NCBI GenBank assembly: GCA_965112735.1
Contig: OZ218963.1
Span: 186,001-250,000 of the forward strand
DNA: 64,000 nt
DNA from: Phaeosaccion multiseriatum
Lineage: Eukaryota; Protista; Ochrophyta, other classes
Direction of reading: 5' to 3'
In this document: piece by piece, positions 21,801 to 28,540 of the stretch
Numbering within the stretch: position 1 is the first letter of the stretch
Layout of the letters: every line of letters begins with the position of its first letter
Position numbers and translations under genes: made by a program
Notes under the pieces: generated by a model
What the model was told of the DNA's origin: nothing
The model's input: only the letters and a program-made list of their open reading frames with translations
Database searches by the model: none

Positions 21801-23763
21801 ATGTGGAGGCAAGTATGCTGTCGCCTGGCTCCAGCCCTTGGCCGCAGCACAGCACCAGCGGGAGCAGCAGTAGCGACTGGAAGAATGGCCCCCGTGGTGG
21901 CTCGTGTAGCAGGGGCTACCTTTCGCCCTGTGAGGAGTAGCGCTGCCCGATGCCTGAGCGGCACCAGCAGCGCGGACTCGGACGACGCCTTCAAGCCGCA
22001 GCGCAAAGCCGTGCCCACGGGGACCAACGACGTGCACGACCTCATCGACAAACAGGTGCGCCCTCCACTCTCGCCCTCCCTCTCTCGCCCTCTCTCTCCC
22101 TCTCTCGCCCTCTCTCCCCACCAGCCTTTCTCTCTCTCTGTCCCTGACTCAGGACTGCCTGTAGTTCTGATTAGGGCCTTCTGTGCTCACCCCTCCCCAC
22201 CCCCCCACTACCCCCCACAGGTGCATGACAACAAGATCATGCTCTACATGAAGGGCACGCCCTCCGCCCCACAGTGCGGCTTCAGCGCCCAGGTGAGGCA
22301 CCTGGTGCTATAAGGGGCCGAGTAGAGCAGGAGGACGGTATCAAAGGTAGCCCGTGTACCTGTCTTCTCCTTTGGGTGTTTGCTTGGCCTGGCCCTCCGC
22401 TTCCACGTGTCCGAGAGCCTGTGCCACAATATATTTGATGCGTCTCCTGTCGGCGTGACGGATGGCCCCTAACGGGAAGGGGAGGCACACCCACAAAGGC
22501 TGGGCGGGGCACGCAACCCACCTCAAGCTCGCGTGTCTGATTATGTCATGAGGAGAGAGCCTCTCGGAGGGGAGGGGAGGGGTAGGCTCACTGCGGCTCT
22601 CCCACCTGTCCATTACCACGCCCCCCCCCCCCTCTCTCCGACCCCCCCTCCCCTCACGCTGTGCCTCGTATCACTCGCCGTCCTCAGCCGCCCATCTCGC
22701 CCTCCCATACCGCGCCTGTCTCCCTCCCTTCCTCCCTCCCTCCCTCCCTTCCTTCCTTCCTCCCTCCCTCCCTTCCTCCCTCCCTCTCCCCCTCCCTCCC
22801 TCCCTCCCTCCCTTCCTCCCTCCCTCCCTTCCTCCCTCCCTCCCTCCCTTCCTTCCTCCCTCCCTCCCTCCCTCCCTCCCTCCCTCCCTCCCTCCCTCCC
22901 TCCCTCCCTCCCTCCCTCCCTCCCTCCCTCCCTCCCTCCCTCCCTCCCTCCCTCCCTCCCTCCCTCCTTCCCTCCCTCTCCTCCCTGCCTGCCTGCCTGC
23001 CTCCCTGCCTGCCTGCCTGCCTGCCTGCCTGTGCCCCTCTCGTCTGCTGCTCAAGGTGGTGCGCATTCTGCACGTGCAGGGCGTGAACTTCAGCAGCGTC
23101 AACGTGATGGACCACCCTTCGATCAGGGAGGGCATCAAGTCCTTCTCGTGAGTCTAACTAACGAGTGGACTAACGAGTGGCCTCATCTCTCCTCTCAGAG
23201 ACACACACACACCTGCACACAATACTAGCTGACTAGCTGGATGCATGCATGCTGGAGGGTGATAGTAGAGCAAGCTTGTCTGTGTCGTATCATCAAAAGC
23301 TTGTCCTTCCAGAACCTTCCTTCCTTCCTTCCAAGCATTCCTTCCTTCCTTCCTTCCTTCCTTCCAAGCATTCCTTCCTTCCTTCCTTCCTTCCTTCCTT
23401 GTTAGCCATAGACTACTTGGGCCCCGGAGGAAGGGGGAGGGGAGGGGAGGGAGTGGTGTGGGTTGTAGAAAGCCCCCCCCCCCCTTGGAGAGAGATGAAA
23501 TGACTCGCTGACGCCCCTCTCTCTCTCTGTGTGTGTGCGCGCGCGTGTACGTGTGTGTGTGTGTGTGTGCGTGCGTGCGCATGTGCGTGTGTGTATGTGT
23601 GTGTGCGTGTGTGTGTGTGTGTGTGTGTGCGTGCAGGGACTGGCCCACCATTCCCCAGGTGTTCGTGGACGGAGAGTTCGTGGGGGGCTGTGACGTCATG
23701 ACGCAGCTGCAGGAGAGTGGCGAGCTTGAGACCATGTTAAAGGAGGCGGGGGCGCGCGACTGA
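21801..23763 (+). CDS. GRX5: Mitochondrial monothiol (CGFS) glutaredoxin, 4 exons
   Basis: Arg/Ala/Ser-rich presequence. Exons ~21801-22055, 22221-22292 ([15 protein letters not shown]), 23056-23147 (IREGIKSFS) and 23637-23763 ([19 protein letters not shown]). Confidence 0.95.
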
Positions 23764-24318
23764 GATGGGCAGAGGATGGCACCAGACGGATGGGGACAGC
23801 AGGAGAGAGAGGAGGAGCCCCTATGCTTGTCTGGGTGGAGTGTGTGTGAGAGAGGGGGGGGGAGTGGCCCTCACCACTGCACCCACTCCGCGCCACGTGG
23901 GTCGCAGAGGCGGGTCTGTAGCGACTTTTGAGGCAGCAGCCGCAGCAGGCAGGAGGAGCCGTTTTGGATACACCAGCAGTTGGTGATATGATGCAAGTAC
24001 AGCAGTGGTGGTGGTCAAAGGGAAGAGAGAGGAGAGGAGAGGAGAGGACAGCATTGAATTCAGCATCTGCGGGCCTCGCTGCTGCTACCGCTGGCTGCTG
24101 CGGCTCTGGGTGCAAGGGGTGCCAGGTGTCAGGTGCTGCCGGGTGTCGGGTGCCAGGTGTGAGGCCCCTCTCGAGGACGAGCGTCTTTCGTGCCCATACC
24201 ATCACACCGCCATACCATCACACCTCTGATCCCAACCCTAACCCTGTTCTGCCAAAACCCTAAACCCACCTGATCACCACAAAACCATACAATAAGAAGA
24301 CAGCAACGACGTTGATAA

Positions 24319-24873
24319 CTAGTGCATACTACTTTTAATTTTTTCGTAGAAACCCTCATCAATGGCCTTAAAGACGAGCGGGTTGATCTTCCAGACAATC
24401 CAAATCAAAAAAGTCATGATGTCTCCAAACTCCTCCATCACCCCATGGCTGCTCACAGTCTTGGGTTTACCCACGATAAAGGCCAGATTGGCATAGGGAA
24501 AAATGGCCTGATCCTTGAGTGAGCGCCCAATAACGATAACGAAACGTCCGGAAAATTCTTCGCGACTGACAATGGCATCAAATGCGTCATTCATCGCCCG
24601 GGTGTTGGTGTGATCTTGATTGAAGTGCCAAAAGCCCGAAGGCGTGTATTGGGTCTGCATTCCGGTTGATCCACAAAAGAAGGCTCCTTTCAACGCCACG
24701 TTAACGGCCTTATAGACAGCGGCGTATTGATGAGTCCATGATTCTTCGGGCTCAATTTCACCTCCCACGTCGATGATAATCGACAGATGATGGATATTCT
24801 CCAATATCTCTCTCTTCGGATTCCGGTCGAGCGAAGGTGAGGGTGAAAGCGGGGGTTTGCCACCCTGGCTCAT
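24319..24873 (-). CDS. Cassette A: degenerate, cap-less HAD/OtsB-like protein (184 aa), probably non-catalytic
   Basis: First ATG at 24873. C-terminus FSGRFVIVIGRSLKDQAIFPYANLAFIVGKPKTV...FLIWIV aligns by eye with cassette D FSNRLILAAGDGATDESMFEIADVSIKVGRENTI...ILKWLV. Motif I reads IDVGG (second Asp lost) and motif IV GD has become GR. Confidence 0.65.
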   Translation of the reverse strand: MSQGGKPPLSPSPSLDRNPKREILENIHHLSIIIDVGGEIEPEESWTHQYAAVYKAVNVALKGAFFCGSTGMQTQYTPSGFWHFNQDHTNTRAMNDAFDAIVSREEFSGRFVIVIGRSLKDQAIFPYANLAFIVGKPKTVSSHGVMEEFGDIMTFLIWIVWKINPLVFKAIDEGFYEKIKSSMH

Positions 24874-24926
24874 GATGCTTAACAACTTGATTTATTGTAT
24901 GTTTTGATGATTATTAGCTTTTCGAA

Positions 24927-24970
24927 ATCAGGATATATCGGCCTGTCGGCTAAGCGGGACCCGCCACCCT
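24927..24970 (-). promoter_or_regulatory. Border/oriT-like motif copy 1 (right hairpin arm plus ATATATCCTG), upstream of cassette A
   Basis: Minus strand reads AGGGTGGCGGGTCCCGCTTAGCCGACAGGCCGATATATCCTGAT. ATG follows 55 nt after CCTG. Confidence 0.75.
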
Positions 24971-25002
24971 TCACTCAGGATGAATAAGAAAGTGTTCTTA
25001 AA

Positions 25003-25702
25003 CTACATTAAACTATCGATTAATTTCATAACTTCAACGCAGTCTTCGACGCTGCCCGCCAGCACATTCGCGATACTTGGCATGAAAGAAAGACTGCCCT
25101 GTTGAACCAGAATCGATACTCCACCCTTATCAAGGCACAACCTCATGGCCGCGTGATCATTCCCGCTATCGCCTGCAACGATGAGCTCTTGTTTGCTTGT
25201 ATCAAAATCGGGGAAGAGGCAATTGATGACATCCGCTTTGCCGCGATTGTTTTTCGGCTCCAAAGTGATGCCCATGGGATGAGAACCAATTTTCAAAGGC
25301 AACGATAAAGGCCAGATTGGCATAGGGAAAAATGGCCTGATCCTTGAGTGAGCGCCCAATAACGATAACGAAACGTCCGGAAAATTCTTCGCGACTGACA
25401 ATGGCATCAAATGCGTCATTCATCGCCCGGGTGTTGGTGTGATCTTGATTGAAGTGCCAAAAGCCCGAAGGCGTGTATTGGGTCTGCATTCCGGTTGATC
25501 CACAAAAGAAGGCTCCTTTCAACGCCACGTTAACGGCCTTATAGACAGCGGCGTATTGATGAGTCCATGATTCTTCGGGCTCAATTTCACCTCCCACGTC
25601 GATGATAATCGACAGATGATGGATATTCTCCAATATCTCTCTCTTCGGATTCCGGTCGAGCGAAGGTGAGGGTGAAAGCGGGGGTTTGCCACCCTGGCTC
25701 AT
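25003..25702 (-). pseudogene. Chimeric product of the duplication: 5' part of cassette A (25302-25702) joined out of frame to the 3' part of cassette B (25003-25301)
   Basis: ORF 25202..25714 is identical to A up to ...ANLAFIV and then diverges. ORF 25003..25419 carries B's C-terminus from LPLKIGSHP onward. Confidence 0.85.
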
Positions 25703-25755
25703 GATGCTTAACAACTTGATTTATTGTATGTTTTGATGATTATTAGCTTTTCGAA

Positions 25756-25799
25756 ATCAGGATATATCGGCCTGTCGGCTAAGCGGGACCCGCCACCCT
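25756..25799 (-). promoter_or_regulatory. Border/oriT-like motif copy 2 (duplicate of copy 1)
   Basis: Same 44-nt sequence as 24927-24970. Confidence 0.75.
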
Positions 25800-25831
25800 T
25801 CACTCAGGATGAATAAGAAAGTGTTCTTAAA

Positions 25832-26644
25832 CTACATTAAACTATCGATTAATTTCATAACTTCAACGCAGTCTTCGACGCTGCCCGCCAGCACATTCGC
25901 GATACTTGGCATGAAAGAAAGACTGCCCTGTTGAACCAGAATCGATACTCCACCCTTATCAAGGCACAACCTCATGGCCGCGTGATCATTCCCGCTATCG
26001 CCTGCAACGATGAGCTCTTGTTTGCTTGTATCAAAATCGGGGAAGAGGCAATTGATGACATCCGCTTTGCCGCGATTGTTTTTCGGCTCCAAAGTGATGC
26101 CCATGGGATGAGAACCAATTTTCAAAGGCAAATCCTTGGAGCAGGCAGAAACTGCAGCCATCTCTTCAGTAAAGAATTTCATGCATTCATTTCGCCACGG
26201 ATGTGACTCATCAATAAACAAACCAAAATAGGCTCCCATGGGCTTTGCCGTAACATCTTCAATATCGGAGATGTTGATGTAATTTTCCAAACGCTCTTGG
26301 AAGGAGCTGTAATCCGGCAAATCACCATCGGAAAAAATCAAATCCGGTTTGCCCGGACGGGCAATCACAAATCCATCATTGGCAGCAAAGGTCAAATCGG
26401 GAATTTCAGCATAAGCCTCACGAAGCTCATCAAGGGATCGGGCAGAAGAGGGAATATAAATGCCTCCCTTTGCTATAATCGACTTCACGGTTGGAATGAC
26501 ATCAGGATGAAGTTTCATCGCCGACTCGTCCGCATCGGACTTCACTGTCACCGTACCATCCTGATCAAAAATCATCACTGGCTTTGTACCAGATTTTAGA
26601 GCCACCATAAGACTCGCAAAACGCTTGGTGTAAAAAAGCAACAT
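25832..26644 (-). CDS. otsB: Cassette B: HAD-IIB phosphatase, trehalose-6-phosphate phosphatase (OtsB)-like, 270 aa, intronless
   Basis: All HAD motifs are intact: IFDQDGT, SSARSLDEL (cf. OtsB ISGRSMVEL), FAANDG, LEPKNNRGKADVI, AGDSGND, GGVSILV (cf. OtsB GGMSVKI). The substrate is inferred. Confidence 0.7.
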   Translation of the reverse strand: MLLFYTKRFASLMVALKSGTKPVMIFDQDGTVTVKSDADESAMKLHPDVIPTVKSIIAKGGIYIPSSARSLDELREAYAEIPDLTFAANDGFVIARPGKPDLIFSDGDLPDYSSFQERLENYINISDIEDVTAKPMGAYFGLFIDESHPWRNECMKFFTEEMAAVSACSKDLPLKIGSHPMGITLEPKNNRGKADVINCLFPDFDTSKQELIVAGDSGNDHAAMRLCLDKGGVSILVQQGSLSFMPSIANVLAGSVEDCVEVMKLIDSLM

Positions 26645-26660
26645 GTCGGATTTTGTGAGG

Positions 26661-26777
26661 GATCAGGATATATCGGCCTGTCGGCTAAGCGGGACGTCAC
26701 GCACCCGCCACCCTACCCCAAGGGGCCCCAGGGTTCTGGCGGGTCCCGCTTAGCCGACAGGCCGATATATCCTGATC
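26661..26777. repeat. Head-to-head border motif copies 3 and 4: perfect 35-bp inverted repeat (26661-26695 / 26743-26777) between divergent cassettes B and C
   Basis: GATCAGGATATATCGGCCTGTCGGCTAAGCGGGAC ... GTCCCGCTTAGCCGACAGGCCGATATATCCTGATC. Confidence 0.95.
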
Positions 26778-26807
26778 TCCAGGAACTCATAATCTCTCAG
26801 GTCAACC

Positions 26808-27029
26808 ATGGTGACTGCTGATACTGTTGCCCTTTTGATTATGTTGGCGGTTCTCGTCGTTTTCACCGTTTTGGGATATTGCAAGAGCCAGAATGCCGAC
26901 GCACAAGAGGCAGCCCCGGATCTTATGAGCCGACAGGACATTGAGAATTTGATCGAGTTGAAATTTTTGCAGCATCACCAAGCGACCAATCCGTCTTTTC
27001 CCGTGGCGCAGCCGGAGCATGTCGTCTAG
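26808..27029 (+). CDS. Cassette C: 73-aa orphan protein with an N-terminal transmembrane/signal-anchor helix
   Basis: Hydrophobic stretch VALLIMLAVLVVFTVLGY. Start context CAACCATGG, 33 nt after the border CCTG. It is the only sense ORF in the 520-nt unit. Confidence 0.6.
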   Translation: MVTADTVALLIMLAVLVVFTVLGYCKSQNADAQEAAPDLMSRQDIENLIELKFLQHHQATNPSFPVAQPEHVV

Positions 27030-27207
27030 TCAAAGGCCTGTAACTCTATAGGCGTTGAATGAAAGCAAATTGACTATTTTAGGTTGTTGAAAAGTTCCAA
27101 TGCCGTATTTGCGGCCTGTTCAAACAATTCTGCGTTATTCAAGTTTTGTAGGTGACGTCATCCTTGTCGATCGTTCAGATTCATTTCTTCACAAGGTTGA
27201 GGTTTTT

Positions 27208-27298
27208 GGCCTGTCGTCACGCACCCGCCACCCTACCCCAAGGGGCCCCAGGGTTCCGGCGGGTCCCGCTTAGCCGACAGGCCGATATATCCTGATCT
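27208..27298 (+). promoter_or_regulatory. Complete border/oriT-like element (copy 5): ~76-nt hairpin followed by GATATATCCTG^ATC
   Basis: 27215-27298 repeats 26695-26778 with one mismatch. Stems: GGCCTGTCG/CGACAGGCC, ACCCGCC/GGCGGGT and ACCCT/AGGGT. Confidence 0.8.
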
Positions 27299-27414
27299 TC
27301 GAAGAAATGAGGGCTCATAAATCGCAAGAGCTACTTTCACGATGATTGTTTATCAGTTTGGCTTGAACCTCTATAGCCGTTGTTCAGGGGCTTCAGCTTA
27401 AGACTCGAGATTAT

Positions 27415-28146
27415 TTGTCGAAGAATGTTGCAAAACTCAGCTTTCATCTCGATATGGATGGAACTCTTTGTCGTCCTGGCGATGGATTGGAGAATGCCAG
27501 ACCTATTTTGAAGAGTTTGGTGAGGACATTTGACAGTGCGGTGTGTTGCAATACAGCGCAAGGGGAGGCTTATCTTCTTGAAGCCGGTGGTGATGTTTTT
27601 CCTTGGACAGTGAATGAGCTTGGACTCGTCATCAAGCGCGGTGATAGTGTTTTGGATTATGAAGAGCCTCCGAAGTTTGAGGAAGAATTGAAGGCCATTC
27701 GAGTGTTTCTTGATGATAGATCCAACTCCAATTTGGAACTGTTCGTGAAGGCTGGCGGGTTTGCAGTTCGTTTATCTGATATTGACGGGCGTCCAGCATC
27801 GATACGAGATCAAAGTGATCTCAAAAAACTCATGGAATCTTTGGTGGTTGATCGCGAGGATCTTTCGTGTGTTGAGACCTATGGATATTTAGACATCTGT
27901 TCGTCGACACTCACAAAGGCGAAAGGATTGAAGCGCGTAATGCAGGAAAAGCCATTTTCGAACCGTTTGATCTTGGCTGCTGGAGATGGCGCAACGGACG
28001 AATCGATGTTTGAAATTGCAGATGTGTCCATCAAGGTTGGTCGAGAAAACACTATTGCTGATGATCGTGTTGATGGCCATAGCGGGTTCCTCGATATCTT
28101 GAAGTGGTTAGTCCGTGAAAAAGAATTGCACGATGCACGTAATTAA
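27415..28146 (+). CDS. otsB: Cassette D: OtsB-like trehalose-6-phosphate phosphatase (HAD-IIB); start codon uncertain (TTG)
   Basis: FHLDMDGTL; TKAKGLKRVMQEKPFSNRLILAAGDGATDESMF...SIKVGRENTIADDRV. Compare E. coli OtsB as I recall it: [32 protein letters not shown]...SVKIGTGATQASWRL. No in-frame ATG precedes motif I without an intervening stop. Confidence 0.75.
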   Translation: MSKNVAKLSFHLDMDGTLCRPGDGLENARPILKSLVRTFDSAVCCNTAQGEAYLLEAGGDVFPWTVNELGLVIKRGDSVLDYEEPPKFEEELKAIRVFLDDRSNSNLELFVKAGGFAVRLSDIDGRPASIRDQSDLKKLMESLVVDREDLSCVETYGYLDICSSTLTKAKGLKRVMQEKPFSNRLILAAGDGATDESMFEIADVSIKVGRENTIADDRVDGHSGFLDILKWLVREKELHDARN

Positions 28147-28540
28147 AACCGATATAGTTTTTCATCTTCGCAATATTAAATCTATATTTTTAGGAATAGG
28201 GTTAGATCAGGATTTTTGTGATGGCTGCTGCTCAGCTCCTGCTCAGCTGCCCGATACTCCACGTGCCTTCGTTCATTTGCGGCGGCTGGGGGGGGACTAC
28301 TCAGGACCGCCCATGCGCGTTTGGTCGCTCTCCCTCACACTTTCTTTCCAGACGTGTATTTGGACCAATGAGGGGAAGGGGGGGGCGTGTGCTTGTAGTG
28401 AATGTCCCACTGCTATCCCTTTCAATTATACTCTTTTGATCTTGTGCTGCGATGGCTCGCACTCCTCCGTATCCTGCTCTCCGGGCCCGGCCCTCACCGC
28501 TGCCCCCCCCCCCCTCCCCATGCCTGCTGGCGAGAGTCAC

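Larger units (their letters stand above)
24473..26130. repeat. 829-bp direct tandem duplication (24473-25301 / 25302-26130)
   Basis: Constant 829-nt offset, e.g. the border motif at 24927 and 25756. I saw no mismatches. Confidence 0.95.
24251..28220. mobile_element. Horizontally acquired island: array of single-gene cassettes, each headed by a T-DNA-border/oriT-like motif
   Basis: Abrupt drop in GC; no introns or microsatellites; bacterial-type OtsB-like ORFs; five copies of GTCCCGCTTAGCCGACAGGCCGATATATCCTGAT, each directly upstream of an ORF. Inserted between the 3' ends of convergent host genes. Boundaries are approximate. Confidence 0.8.

Noticed and set aside
26661-26777. MITE defined by 35-bp terminal inverted repeats
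   Set aside because: The same sequence occurs singly ahead of other genes and there is no target-site duplication. It is better explained as two cassette heads joined head-to-head.
24927-27298. The repeated 35-bp motif as a CRISPR array or integron attC sites
   Set aside because: Spacing is hundreds of bp, orientations are mixed and there are no cas or intI genes. The motif sits 5' of genes and lacks attC RYYYAAC/GTTRRRY ends.
24251-28220. Laboratory binary-vector T-DNA or vector contamination
   Set aside because: There are no marker, promoter or backbone sequences that I recognise. The motif differs from canonical 25-bp borders at both ends, and the cargo is divergent natural genes.
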